A stretch of DNA of 64,000 bases, taken from positions 64,001 through 128,000 of the IMG/VR virus record IMGVR_UViG_3300037247_001786; one strand, 5' to 3'. This DNA is from a virus. Its lineage: Duplodnaviria; Caudoviricetes. A program made the position numbers and the translations under genes. Shown in pieces: positions 1 through 10,170 of the stretch (position 1 is the stretch's first letter; each line of letters opens with the position of its first letter). A model generated the notes under the pieces. That model was not told the DNA's origin, searched no databases, and was given only the letters and a program-made list of their open reading frames with translations.

Positions 1-114
1 AGCGAAATAACAGCGAAGACGGGTAAAGAAAATACTATATGCTTTGTTCCAAATGACGAGTTTGAGGATTTTAGCTATCAACTAGAAAGACACGGTTTTA
101 ATTATGAGATATAA
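1..114 (+). CDS. 3' end of a hypothetical protein (partial)
   Basis: Frame 1 is open from base 1 (SEITAKTGKENTICFVP...) to TAA at 112-114, directly before the next ATG. Confidence 0.5.
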   Translation, partial: SEITAKTGKENTICFVPNDEFEDFSYQLERHGFNYEI

Positions 115-116
115 TA

Positions 117-482
117 ATGTCAAATAAACAATTAAAAGTAGAAATAGCTGATACCCCTTTTTCGAGACAGAAGGGGTTAATGTTTAGATCTAAATTAAGT
201 GAAAACGATGGAATGCTTTTTAAGTTTAACAGACCTCAAAAGTTAAAATTTTGGGGACTAAATACTTTTATTCCTCTATCTATCGCTTTCATTTCCCCTG
301 AAAATAAAATATCAAAAATAGAACAAATTTCCCCTTTTTCTCTTAAATGTGTAGAAAGTGATACAGATTGTTCGATAGCTATAGAGGCTAACCATGATTT
401 CTTCGATAATAATAATATCGGAATTGGCAGCTCGATAGATATCGTTAAAGATGATATCACTAATTACATAATTTTTAAATAG
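117..482 (+). CDS. DUF192 family protein
   Basis: Characteristic VEIADT..SRQKGLMFR..L....GMLFKF and IAIEAN motifs. Confidence 0.8.
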   Translation: MSNKQLKVEIADTPFSRQKGLMFRSKLSENDGMLFKFNRPQKLKFWGLNTFIPLSIAFISPENKISKIEQISPFSLKCVESDTDCSIAIEANHDFFDNNNIGIGSSIDIVKDDITNYIIFK

Positions 483-492
483 AGGAAAAACC

Positions 493-897
493 ATGAAAAT
501 AACTTTAGCGGAAATAAAATCACTAGAAACTAGTTTATCAAAAATATTTGATAAAGATATAAATATTAAATTGGCTTATAGATTAGGGATTTTATTAAAA
601 AAGATTTCTGAAGAAATGCAATCGCTAGAAAAAAATAGAGTTAAACTAGTTACAAAATATGGTGTCAAAAACGGAGAGGGTCAAGTATCTGTACCTGATG
701 AGAAAACGCCTGATTTTTATAAAGAGTTTAATGAGCTAATGCAGATAAGCATAGACATTGATTTTGAACCTATCCCTTTGAGTGCATTTGGCGACATTTC
801 TCTTAGTGCCGCTGATGTCATGAGATTGGATGAAAAAATAATCACAAACGATGAAGAGATTGTAGAAAAAAAAGTTTTAGAAGAAGTCAAAGGATAG
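493..897 (+). CDS. Hypothetical phage protein (DUF1617-like coiled coil)
   Basis: GAGG SD; KLAYRLGILLKKI..E......R.KLV.KYG pattern typical of small phage proteins. The family call is tentative. Confidence 0.5.
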   Translation: MKITLAEIKSLETSLSKIFDKDINIKLAYRLGILLKKISEEMQSLEKNRVKLVTKYGVKNGEGQVSVPDEKTPDFYKEFNELMQISIDIDFEPIPLSAFGDISLSAADVMRLDEKIITNDEEIVEKKVLEEVKG

Positions 898-944
898 AAG
901 ATAAAACAAGGGTTTTTTAAAAAAAAGCCTAACTCTTATCTGTT

Positions 945-3302
945 ATGAACAACAATCATCAAAGCTGGTACAAAAAAAATATTACCTCACAAAATAACCG
1001 CGTTAATGACGTTATAGATTGGGTTGATGACGACACCTCCGAAGAAATGGCTCAGATTATGAATCCTGAAATAGTAGATTTTGATGCTATAGAAAGGCAA
1101 CGAGCAGAAAACCTACCTTTAGAACAAGGAGAAATGCAAACTATTACAGAAGAAGAAATAGACGGCTATATCGTTGATGACCTGATAGAGCAAGATGAAA
1201 GATATATTAGAGACGAAAAAATGGAGCAAGATTATTTTGATGGAAAATATATTCCATCAGAAGAGGAACTTAAAGAAAGAGGTATAGAGCCGGTTATCGA
1301 CGATGAAACAGTTGTCGATGAGAATCCAGATGACGCTCCGGAGTTCGGAGAAGATCATATATCGGCAATGCAGTGGGCTATAGAGAATAATAGAGTTGTA
1401 AAGTTATCCTATCTAACTCTTGGTAAAAAAAGGGGAAGAGGAGGAAAACAGCACTTAAAAAGAGAAATAAGTGATGACAGAATCCCTGGAACAGGGGTTA
1501 ATATATGGAGAATAGTTGAACCTCATTATATTTATCCGGCGAGCAATGGACACGACATCCTAATAAGTTACGATAGATCAGTAAGGCATATCAGAGCTTT
1601 TAGAGTGTCTAATGTAACAGGAGTGGAATTTACTAAGAAAAGATCAACTAATGAACCTTCATATTTTAAACCAAGAGTTAAAATTAAAAATCCTGATGGG
1701 TTAGGGCAATCAGGTAAAATAAAAGGAATAGAAGCTATGAATGAAAATATTTTTCAAAATTTGAAAGAGATTGGTGATGATTTAGTATCAAAAGGATTAT
1801 CAAAAAATGCTGAATCAGTAACTAAAATGATGTCTCATTTGCTTAACATTAAGACAGCTCAATATGTAGGTCCTCAAGGATACTGGATCAGGCAAAAAAG
1901 ATGTTGGGATAATTGTTATAGGCATAAAAGAACAACTAGCCCAGAGAAAGCTGCTCAAACTGTATGGATGGAGTGCCGAGACGAATATAACGAGGCTATA
2001 AATAATAACTCAAGCGGTTGGGAAAAGTATGCTGAAGAAGATGCAGATCTTTTTAAATATGCTAGTAAGGAACAAGAAGATTGGGTGAAAGAAGAAAATA
2101 AAAAATTTGCTGAATCTGTTGATAAAAAAATAACAGAAGGAAAGTCTCATGGTATGTCTATTTGCTTAACTCTTGAACAGAGGAAAAATAGATATAACGA
2201 TATTCTTATTGCAGATGCCGATAATTTATCAAAAATAGCTGAAACACTAAAAGAAACAGGACAAGAGGAGCTAAGCGAGAAAATAGCAACAATTTCTATT
2301 GAATTATTAAAAAAAGCACAATTTGGAGGCGGGTTCGAAGGTGCAATGAATAAGCTGAGGAAATATAACCCTTTTTCAAGTAAGAGCCGAGCGAAAGGTC
2401 ACTCTGGTGACGTTATGACTCGTCTCAAAAATATCGCGATGCAAGCAGATAACTTGTCAACTCAATTTAATACTTTGCAAAGAGATGCCGCTCAATACGG
2501 GCAAGAGTATTCTCAAGAGCAACAGTCTTATAGAGATTTTGATCAACAACAACAAGCCAAAAAACAGCAAAGACAAGATATGTGGGGAAAAGTAAAGGAT
2601 GCTCCTGGACAAACATGGAACGCTCTGAAACAAAAAGGACAAGAGGCTTATCAGAACTTCTCAAATCCTCCTGGGCAAGCTCTTAGCGAAAGCGATACTG
2701 ATATTAAAGAAGCACAATATTCAGACAAGACAACAGGTGTAGTTTCCTTTATAAAAGATTTAAGATCACAACTTGAAGAATTTATGACTAATTTAGCAAC
2801 AGAAAAAAGTGCATTAAGTCAAATATCTGCCCAATCGACAGATACTTCATCAAGAGATAGAGCTGCTGGAGCATCTGTAGCTATTGAACAATTTATTACA
2901 AAAGCTAATCAATTTATATCATCTACGAGAACAGTTCAAGACGCTTTTAACGCAATCCCATCTATGGTAGAAGGTTTAAGTAAATTCTCTAATGATATAA
3001 ATATGATACAAAGAGGAGAGACTCCTCCAATAGATAGCGATAGAGATGGAGTGCCAGACAGTATAGATGTTGATAATAACCAGAATATGATAGCAGACGA
3101 AGAGGAGATAGCCACACCTGAAGAAGAGTTGGCTATACCTGAGAATATCCCACTTACTAGCAATCTAACAGGGGATAAACAACTAGATTTACAACAACTT
3201 ATGGAGAACGAAGATCTAAAAAGTTATCTAGCGTCATTGATGGGAATGTATAATAGTAAAATGAGAACATTAAAAAGACAACAGGCGAAAGAACAAATAT
3301 AA
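945..3302 (+). CDS. 785-aa putative head-associated protein with an N-terminal WYL-like domain
   Basis: aa ~140-230 match the WYL pattern (AIENNRVVKLSY...RIVEPHYIY...LISYDRSVRHIRAFRVSNV). Later Cys motif RCWDNCYR, KTAQ/KKAQ/KEAQ motifs and a Q-rich tract. Confidence 0.55.
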   Translation: MNNNHQSWYKKNITSQNNRVNDVIDWVDDDTSEEMAQIMNPEIVDFDAIERQRAENLPLEQGEMQTITEEEIDGYIVDDLIEQDERYIRDEKMEQDYFDGKYIPSEEELKERGIEPVIDDETVVDENPDDAPEFGEDHISAMQWAIENNRVVKLSYLTLGKKRGRGGKQHLKREISDDRIPGTGVNIWRIVEPHYIYPASNGHDILISYDRSVRHIRAFRVSNVTGVEFTKKRSTNEPSYFKPRVKIKNPDGLGQSGKIKGIEAMNENIFQNLKEIGDDLVSKGLSKNAESVTKMMSHLLNIKTAQYVGPQGYWIRQKRCWDNCYRHKRTTSPEKAAQTVWMECRDEYNEAINNNSSGWEKYAEEDADLFKYASKEQEDWVKEENKKFAESVDKKITEGKSHGMSICLTLEQRKNRYNDILIADADNLSKIAETLKETGQEELSEKIATISIELLKKAQFGGGFEGAMNKLRKYNPFSSKSRAKGHSGDVMTRLKNIAMQADNLSTQFNTLQRDAAQYGQEYSQEQQSYRDFDQQQQAKKQQRQDMWGKVKDAPGQTWNALKQKGQEAYQNFSNPPGQALSESDTDIKEAQYSDKTTGVVSFIKDLRSQLEEFMTNLATEKSALSQISAQSTDTSSRDRAAGASVAIEQFITKANQFISSTRTVQDAFNAIPSMVEGLSKFSNDINMIQRGETPPIDSDRDGVPDSIDVDNNQNMIADEEEIATPEEELAIPENIPLTSNLTGDKQLDLQQLMENEDLKSYLASLMGMYNSKMRTLKRQQAKEQI

Positions 3303-3388
3303 AATAAAATAAAGGATTTTAGGTAGTCCTGAAGTAATTAATAATAAATATACAAGTTTAACAAAAAAAATAGTTAATAAACAAGGAG

Positions 3389-4147
3389 ATGGATATGCAT
3401 TTTATTCAAAACAAGATCAGCGTTGGCGTTACAAAAACTTTTGATGACATAGTTAATGATTATGTTGCAAAGAAAAACGCCCAGGTAAAAACAGCTTCTG
3501 TTGAAGAAGTAGTGGCAGAAGTTAAAGTGGCTGAGGCAGATGAAGCCGCTTCAAGTGGACAATTAGATGTTGAACCTCTTCATCAAGAAGGCGAATCAAC
3601 GAATCAAGATTCTGTTGCTGGTGGAAAATCAGACGGCGACGGTGGAAAAGCTCCTGCTAAGAAAGCCGATGAAGAAGGCGAAGATAGCGGACAGCCAAAA
3701 GCCGAAGGTTCTGATAAGTTTACCAACGACCCTAAAGTAGACGCTGATGCTAACGCTGATGCTGATGTCAAGATAGCAGAAGCAAAATGCGAAGAATGCA
3801 AATGCGATCCTTGCTCTTGCGACGAGAAAGAAGCTAAGACTGATGAAGACGAAGAAGAAGTTAAAGAAGCTGGCATTAAGGGCAATTGTTCAAAATGCAG
3901 CAAACCTAACTTCCTTTGCAAATGTGACAAAGGTTCTGATGACTCTGATGACTCTGACGACTCCGATGACTCCGATGACTCCGATAAGGAAGATAAGGAA
4001 GATAAAGAAGCATCTGACGATAAGACTGTAAAAGTAGCTTTTAAGAAAATTGCTAATTTAACATCGCCAGAAAAAGCAAGACTCGGCAAGTACTGGAAGA
4101 ACATCTATCCAGATTCATTCGTTGATGCTATGTTGGCTGACAAATAA
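3389..4147 (+). CDS. Acidic low-complexity putative scaffold/internal head protein with Cys clusters
   Basis: AGGAG SD; D/E-rich; CEECKCDPCSC and CSKCSKPNFLCKC clusters; DDS tandem repeats; many K-x-A motifs; located in the head module. Confidence 0.55.
   Translation: MDMHFIQNKISVGVTKTFDDIVNDYVAKKNAQVKTASVEEVVAEVKVAEADEAASSGQLDVEPLHQEGESTNQDSVAGGKSDGDGGKAPAKKADEEGEDSGQPKAEGSDKFTNDPKVDADANADADVKIAEAKCEECKCDPCSCDEKEAKTDEDEEEVKEAGIKGNCSKCSKPNFLCKCDKGSDDSDDSDDSDDSDDSDKEDKEDKEASDDKTVKVAFKKIANLTSPEKARLGKYWKNIYPDSFVDAMLADK
3935..4015 (+). repeat. In-frame 9-bp tandem repeats (DDS x5, then DKE x3)
   Basis: gatgactct/gatgactcc units followed by gataaggaa units. Confidence 0.85.
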
Positions 4148-4163
4148 TTTATAACAGTTATTA

Positions 4164-4871
4164 ATGGAGTTTATTATGGCGATTATACCTGTTGGTAAAA
4201 CGCGTTTAATGGTTTCGCAAGTAATATCTACCCCTACATCACAGGGGTATGACGATGGCGTACCTAAACTTACCCCCGATGATATTGATGTTGAGGGAAT
4301 AGGGAATGACTTGCCAGAAATTCCAGAAGTCCCAGAAGCCCCTGAATCTCCAGAAGAAGGAATTCAGGGAGTCGCTGAAGATAATCAGCTAACTTTAACA
4401 GATTATATTTTTAAAACTCTTGAGGGGTTTGGTTATCCTGGTAGACGATTAGAAGAATTTAAGAAGAAATTTGTTAAAGAAAGCGTATCTCCAGATGGAA
4501 CAAAAGATATTAAGATAGAGATCCCTGATAGATATTATCCCGATAACATGGGTAATATAAAAACAGTGGAAACAGAGGAACTTGGTAAATTTGTTCAAGA
4601 AATTAATAGTAAATTTGGTCTTAATTTCAATGGTGCTGAACGGTCTGAAGGAAAATGGCTTGTTAACTTAACATCTGCTAAAAGAACAGAAGAGGATGAG
4701 GGAGGTATTGTTAGAGATAATCTTGACGAAGTTTACGGGACTCCCTCGGGCAATGGAAAGCCAAGTGTTAAAAAAGAGACAACTGTTCAAGCTTTTTCTC
4801 AACAAGAGTTAATAACAGCATCAAAAGACGATAAACTTATAGAAAATTTACAAAAATTAAATGGAGAATAA
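4164..4871 (+). CDS. Hypothetical head-module protein (probable start 4176)
   Basis: ORF track; GGAG SD precedes the ATG at 4176. Confidence 0.6.
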   Translation: MEFIMAIIPVGKTRLMVSQVISTPTSQGYDDGVPKLTPDDIDVEGIGNDLPEIPEVPEAPESPEEGIQGVAEDNQLTLTDYIFKTLEGFGYPGRRLEEFKKKFVKESVSPDGTKDIKIEIPDRYYPDNMGNIKTVETEELGKFVQEINSKFGLNFNGAERSEGKWLVNLTSAKRTEEDEGGIVRDNLDEVYGTPSGNGKPSVKKETTVQAFSQQELITASKDDKLIENLQKLNGE

Positions 4872-5700
4872 TATGCTTCGCAAAACAAAATCTCAAAATA
4901 TTTTAAATCTCTTTACTATGCCAGAAGAACCTGATAAAGTCGCTGAATTTACAGAAACAAAAAACATTAGCGATAAAGTGTCAGAAGGCAGATTAAGAGT
5001 AACTAGTAAACAAAATATTTCTGAAAATTTCTTCGGATTAGGGGAATTGGCTGAGAACGTTGCAATTGCTCAAAAAGTTTCTAAAGCTCAAGACAATGAG
5101 AACAGAAACAGCAAAGAGCACTTGGCTATATTATCAGAAGAGCAAAAGAGTAAAAGCCTTTCTGGTTTCAATCCTATGACTTCTAATGGCAGTAGTATTA
5201 TATCAGCGAATGCTGGAGGCATTACCGACATGGGCGGACCTCAGAAACAGATTAAGATACCTACATCGAATAGTATTTTTAATCCTGATAGAAATGCGAT
5301 AGAAGCGAGTAAAATTGATAGCAAAACAGAAACTAAAATAGAAAAAGAAAAAATTGCTACAAATAGAAGGTTGTCAGAGCAAAAAAGAATGGACGACATG
5401 GTAGAGTCTTTGAGAACTACTAATCAATCTAAAAGTTCATCTGCTCATAGAACTGGAACTGGCGATCTAGAGAGAACAGATTTTAAATTATCTCGAAATA
5501 ATATAAGCATTTTTGATTCAGGAGATTTCGATAGAGTTCCTGAGAAAACAAGAGGAGAAAAAGTCTCTGAACAAGTAGCTGAAAAGAATGCTCAAATTGA
5601 TGAGTCTTGGAGACAAAATGGAAAATCGTTGAAAAGTAGAGAAGTTACAAATAGATTTTTTGACAGTTTGATAGAGAAATTAGAATCTGATGGATGTTAA
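4861..5700 (+). CDS. Hypothetical head-module protein (probable start 4873)
   Basis: Overlapping operon arrangement; GGAG SD before the ATG at 4873. Confidence 0.6.
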   Translation: MENNMLRKTKSQNILNLFTMPEEPDKVAEFTETKNISDKVSEGRLRVTSKQNISENFFGLGELAENVAIAQKVSKAQDNENRNSKEHLAILSEEQKSKSLSGFNPMTSNGSSIISANAGGITDMGGPQKQIKIPTSNSIFNPDRNAIEASKIDSKTETKIEKEKIATNRRLSEQKRMDDMVESLRTTNQSKSSSAHRTGTGDLERTDFKLSRNNISIFDSGDFDRVPEKTRGEKVSEQVAEKNAQIDESWRQNGKSLKSREVTNRFFDSLIEKLESDGC

Positions 5701-6916
5701 TTATGTCCAACAAAGTTTTGGGAACGGTTTAATAGAACTAGAAACATCTATTCCTGAACTTAGAGCTTTGCCTCCTGAAGAGGCTGATCTTCAGATTCAA
5801 CAAACTAAACGAATATTAATGGACACTCAATTAAGATTGAGCAAAGCGTCAAGTAGTATGGCGGGTATAGAAAAACAGATTAATAATACGGTTGATACGG
5901 AACAACAAGCAACAAATCAACAAGTTATTACTAATCTTACTAGTAATATAGAGGGAGAAGCTATGAGTAAAAATAAAAAAGAAATTAAAGCTTTTAATCT
6001 AAAACAAGCTCAATTTGAAGCTCCGGCTGTTCCATTTGGATCAGATAGCTTTAATGACGCACCTGAACTAGGAGAAGAGAACTTTAATAGCATACAAGAA
6101 ATAAACCAAGAAAACGGACTAGATAGAAAAGCTTTTACAGATTTCTTATCTGGACTAGCATCAGAAGACGTTAATGGATTATTCCAATTTGTAAAAACAC
6201 ATTCTTCTAGCGGTAGCGAAGAGGTTGTTGATAAACTTACAGAACAATTTAATATGATATTTGAAAATCCTATGCATGTTGACGAATCAGATCAAATTGC
6301 AGGACAAATTTATGATCTATTAGATGACGAAATAAAAACTATTCCGTCTAATGCCGCAATGGGAATTCCCACCACTATATCAGAAATTAATGACATTATA
6401 AAAAAACTTGCTGAAGAGCATGTTAATAAAAAAACTAAAATAAGCTCATTTAATTTGAAGAAAACTGCTCAACATAAAACCGTTGAGAACGTTATTCTTC
6501 ATGGACCACATAATATGAAATTCGACCCTTTCCTCAGACAACCTGTTTCTGATTGGAGTATTCTTGAAAGAAATAAAGGTTTCGGATTAACATTTGATGA
6601 CGTTTGGGATGTAGATTATGAAGCTATATGGCGTGGATCTGTCATGGATAAGTATTCTCGCCCTTATAGAGATAAAGAGGGTAACTGGGTCGGTGGGTAT
6701 ATAAACAAAAGATTTGAGGTTGATAGGAATATCCCTGAAACAAATAATTTACAATTAAAACCTGGGCAATTAAGAAGACCGACTCCTCCTGAATATGGAC
6801 TAATAGAATCTCGCTTACAAGCTGCAAGAGCTAATGGCGATATCGAAGGCGGACCAGATGTAAATAGAAGTAAGCCTTTTAATTGGAAAGAAGCTTCATC
6901 TAAAAAAAAAAGTTAG
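5690..6916 (+). CDS. Hypothetical head-module protein ending at an A10 run
   Basis: 408-aa ORF with FNLKQAQF, FNLKKTAQ and FNWKEAS motifs; ends TCT AAA AAA AAA AGT TAG. Confidence 0.65.
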   Translation: MDVNYVQQSFGNGLIELETSIPELRALPPEEADLQIQQTKRILMDTQLRLSKASSSMAGIEKQINNTVDTEQQATNQQVITNLTSNIEGEAMSKNKKEIKAFNLKQAQFEAPAVPFGSDSFNDAPELGEENFNSIQEINQENGLDRKAFTDFLSGLASEDVNGLFQFVKTHSSSGSEEVVDKLTEQFNMIFENPMHVDESDQIAGQIYDLLDDEIKTIPSNAAMGIPTTISEINDIIKKLAEEHVNKKTKISSFNLKKTAQHKTVENVILHGPHNMKFDPFLRQPVSDWSILERNKGFGLTFDDVWDVDYEAIWRGSVMDKYSRPYRDKEGNWVGGYINKRFEVDRNIPETNNLQLKPGQLRRPTPPEYGLIESRLQAARANGDIEGGPDVNRSKPFNWKEASSKKKS

Positions 6917-7362
6917 CAGTTAATATTGCCCCTAAAAAACAAAAAGACCCTTTCGAAATAAAAGATCTTTTTAAAGATGAAGGAACTCAATCTAAAATAA
7001 CTTGCGAACAGTGCGGAGGAAATCTAGGAGAAAAAGATTTCTCTTGCCCTAACTGCGGTTCAAATCAAAATGATGTAGGACAAGCTCACCAGGCTCGCCC
7101 AGACAATAGAGGAAGGCAATATAATCCATTTAGTACGAATATTCATACCAATCCTATGCAGTTCCAAAAAGGAGTTCCTATTAATAGAGCTGCAAGCACT
7201 AAAGACCCCAAAGAAGGTCCTAACCCTGATATAGTCCCTTTTGAGTCAGATGAAATCTTGCAATGTACAGACCCCTCCGAAACTCGAAAAAGAAAGAGAA
7301 GAAAAAATGTCGATATTGAAGAAGTATCTAAATCATGTTTAGATCTAGAAATCGACGGTTAA
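6904..7362 (+). CDS. Start-less -1-frame extension with a zinc ribbon (probable frameshift product of the upstream gene)
   Basis: Frame 1 is open from 6904 (after TAA 6901-6903) to 7362: KKKLAVNIAPKK...CEQCGG...CPNCGS...MQFQK. The first ATG (7156) lies after the zinc ribbon. Confidence 0.6.
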   Translation, partial: KKKLAVNIAPKKQKDPFEIKDLFKDEGTQSKITCEQCGGNLGEKDFSCPNCGSNQNDVGQAHQARPDNRGRQYNPFSTNIHTNPMQFQKGVPINRAASTKDPKEGPNPDIVPFESDEILQCTDPSETRKRKRRKNVDIEEVSKSCLDLEIDG

Positions 7363-7379
7363 ATAAAAGGGAATAATAT

Positions 7380-9680
7380 ATGGCTAATATAAAAATGAAA
7401 GTATCAGATAGTAGTCCAGAGGGTAGGAGAAGATTAACGACTGCCACAGGTGGATACAATATAGGCACATCAGGCAAAGAAAATTCTGATACGATAGGTA
7501 GTAATCGAAAATATATTTCATCTCAATCAGTAAAAGTACCAATAACTAAAAATGCTCAATTTGCAGGATCAGCAGCGAACGCTGTTTGGGCACAACCAAT
7601 GTTTTTCTCACCTTTACATACCCCACAAAATTGGCAAATAGCTAGTAAAAGAAGAGAAATATATCAATGGTCAAGATTTTATTACATGAATGAACCAAAG
7701 GTCGCTGCAGGCGTTGACTTCTATGCTAATTTTTCTATGAATGGATTTAAACTAGAATGTAAAAAGAAAAAAATCTTAAAGTATTTCGAAAGATTAGTTG
7801 AAAGATTAGACTTATCTGAAAGGCTTAATGAGATAAGCCATGAATATTTTTTATTAGGAGATGTATTCCCATTTTTAGAAATAACTTGTCCTCAGTGTCA
7901 AGGAGGAGGATTTACAAAAGATGGAAAACCGTGCAATCATCCAGATGGAAGTTTTAAGTCTGTTAAAATTTTAAATCCAGACTATATGGATGTTAAGACA
8001 AATAGTATCGCAAACGATCCTAAATTTTTCTTAAAACCAGATGAAGAACTTAAGATGCTTGTTTCTAGAAAAGAACCAAAAGAACTATACGAAAGTCTTC
8101 CTCAAGATTTAATCGATCTTATCTCTACAGGGCAAGATATCCCGTTATCAGATAGATCTATAAGCCATATAAGACATAATGCTAGTCCTTATGGAGTATA
8201 TGGCGTATCTATGCTACAAAGACTGTTTACTATGTTGGCTTATAAGACAAAAATCATGACAGCCAACTGGATAGTTGCAGAAAGATTAATTCTTCCTGTC
8301 AGAGTAGTAAAAGTTGGAGACGAGAAAAGACCAGCCACAGAAGAAGATCTCCAAGATGTCGTAAATCAATTAGGGGCTGTTGCTAATGACCCCAACTTAA
8401 CGATCGTCACTCACCATGCATTTGATTATGAATGGTATGGGGCTTCAGGTAAAATTCATAATATCACTCAAGAGATGGAACATATCGGCAAAGAGATACT
8501 TGATGGACTGATGCTTAATCAAGCTTTACTTAATGGAGAAATGGGAGGTTATAATAGTGCTCAAGTTGGAATAGAGGTTCTTATCCGAAGACTTGATAAT
8601 TGGCGTAACAAGCTTAAATCTTGGGTGGAGAAACATATTTTCCTTCCAATTGCTATGATGCAAGGCTTTATAGACGAACAAGAGTCGGACATGCTTGGAG
8701 AGACAGTTTACATGTATCCGAAATTAGTTTGGAATGATTTGCAATTAAGAGACAAAACAAATAAAATACAAACTTTGATGCAATGGTATGATAAGGGAGG
8801 GGTTTCTGCTCAAACTATATGTGAAGAACTAGATTTAGATTATGATGCCGAAGTTGAGAAAATAAGGGAAGAACAAGTTATGGCAGGACCTCAAGGACAG
8901 ATGCCAGGTGGAGGCAATATGGGAACTATGGGCATGGGAGACATGGGTGGAGGAATGCCAGGCGGAGACATGGGAGGAGGAATGCCAGGCGGAGATATGG
9001 GAGGAGGAATGCCGGGTGGAGGAATGCCAGGCGGAGACATGGGTGGAGGAATGGCAGGCGGAGGAATGGGAGCTGCCCCAGGAATGGGAGCTGCAGCAGA
9101 GAGTTCTTTGCCTAAGATAACTAAAAGAGGCGGAGGCGGTGGAAAAGAAGAAGAGCAAGAACAAGCTCCTCCTCAAATGATAAAATTTACTAAATTAGAA
9201 CAACAAATGTATAAAATACTTCAACAGATTCCAGCTCCTCATGAATTGTTCGCTCAATATTCAGTTAAAGTTCCTGGAGAGCAAAGACCTTTTGTTTTAG
9301 ATTTCGCTTACCCTCAGATAGGAATAGGGGTAGAAACAGATGGAGCTATCTGGCATCAAAGAGAGGACTTCCAACAAAGAGATCTAGTAAGAGACCAAAA
9401 ATTAGCCAATGTTGGTTGGAGAATATTAAGATTTAGAGATGATGCGGTTGATGAACAATCAGATACAGTTCGAGAGGTTATCTCTAAAAATATTATAGAA
9501 GCAACAAAAACTAAAAAAGCAGCTAATGACAAAAACCTAGTTATGAAATACGCTTCAATAGAAGAAACGGGAAAAAATCCAATTTATGATTATATGCTCG
9601 CTAATGAGGGTAAAATAGGAATTAATATTATTGAATTGCCTGGAAAAATGGGACAATTATTATTGATAGGAACAATATAA
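7380..9680 (+). CDS. Portal protein with Gly/Met linker and C-terminal DUF559/Vsr-like endonuclease domain
   Basis: Position upstream of protease and capsid; portal-like core (HEYFLLGDVFPF, HIRHNASPYGVYGVSML, PVRVVKVG); C-terminal FVLDFAY..IGIGVETDGAIWH...RD..RDQKL...GWRILRF. Confidence 0.75.
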   Translation: MANIKMKVSDSSPEGRRRLTTATGGYNIGTSGKENSDTIGSNRKYISSQSVKVPITKNAQFAGSAANAVWAQPMFFSPLHTPQNWQIASKRREIYQWSRFYYMNEPKVAAGVDFYANFSMNGFKLECKKKKILKYFERLVERLDLSERLNEISHEYFLLGDVFPFLEITCPQCQGGGFTKDGKPCNHPDGSFKSVKILNPDYMDVKTNSIANDPKFFLKPDEELKMLVSRKEPKELYESLPQDLIDLISTGQDIPLSDRSISHIRHNASPYGVYGVSMLQRLFTMLAYKTKIMTANWIVAERLILPVRVVKVGDEKRPATEEDLQDVVNQLGAVANDPNLTIVTHHAFDYEWYGASGKIHNITQEMEHIGKEILDGLMLNQALLNGEMGGYNSAQVGIEVLIRRLDNWRNKLKSWVEKHIFLPIAMMQGFIDEQESDMLGETVYMYPKLVWNDLQLRDKTNKIQTLMQWYDKGGVSAQTICEELDLDYDAEVEKIREEQVMAGPQGQMPGGGNMGTMGMGDMGGGMPGGDMGGGMPGGDMGGGMPGGGMPGGDMGGGMAGGGMGAAPGMGAAAESSLPKITKRGGGGGKEEEQEQAPPQMIKFTKLEQQMYKILQQIPAPHELFAQYSVKVPGEQRPFVLDFAYPQIGIGVETDGAIWHQREDFQQRDLVRDQKLANVGWRILRFRDDAVDEQSDTVREVISKNIIEATKTKKAANDKNLVMKYASIEETGKNPIYDYMLANEGKIGINIIELPGKMGQLLLIGTI
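8905..9095 (+). repeat. GGMPGGDM-type in-frame repeats in the portal linker
   Basis: Several copies of ggaggaatgccaggcggagacatg. Confidence 0.85.
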
Positions 9681-10099
9681 TGAAAATATTTAATTTAAAA
9701 CTTGCTGGCCCTAAAAAAATTAAAGATAGGGGTATCAATTGGAAAGAAAAATATCATGAAAAATCAGTTGGACTTAAAAAGAAGTTTGATAAGGAAATAG
9801 GACCTCAAGCTTATATGAGATTTGAGGGACATGACTATACCACCAATTCAGATTATTTTGTAGTAGTTGGTCCTGCTGTCACAAAAGACCTTAAAAAAAG
9901 ATATTTTGCGGGAATTAAAAAATTACCTGATGACCCTAAAGCTAAAGTATATGCTCCTTCAGGGGAATATTTTTCTACTGTAGTTGCAGCGTATAGCCAT
10001 GCTGCTGATAAATGGAGAATTCCATTTCCAAAAGGAGTCCCTGGATATAATCTAGGTCATCTAGCGAATATAGATATACCAAGGCACGTAAAAGGATAA
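9680..10099 (+). CDS. Hypothetical protein (starts MKIFNLKLAG)
   Basis: Start overlaps the portal stop codon; 139 aa. Confidence 0.65.
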   Translation: MKIFNLKLAGPKKIKDRGINWKEKYHEKSVGLKKKFDKEIGPQAYMRFEGHDYTTNSDYFVVVGPAVTKDLKKRYFAGIKKLPDDPKAKVYAPSGEYFSTVVAAYSHAADKWRIPFPKGVPGYNLGHLANIDIPRHVKG

Positions 10100-10170
10100 A
10101 AACTTAAATAAAGGTTTTTTAAGACTATTTCCTAAATAAAAAGAATACACATTATTTGGAGACAAATATA

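Noticed and set aside
3604-4104. Antisense ORFs in the track (also 12558-12878, 14103-14843, 15072-15338, 8835-9176, 60818-61225 and similar)
   Set aside because: Ser/Pro-rich shadows of acidic or Gly-rich plus-strand genes; no SD sites or domains.
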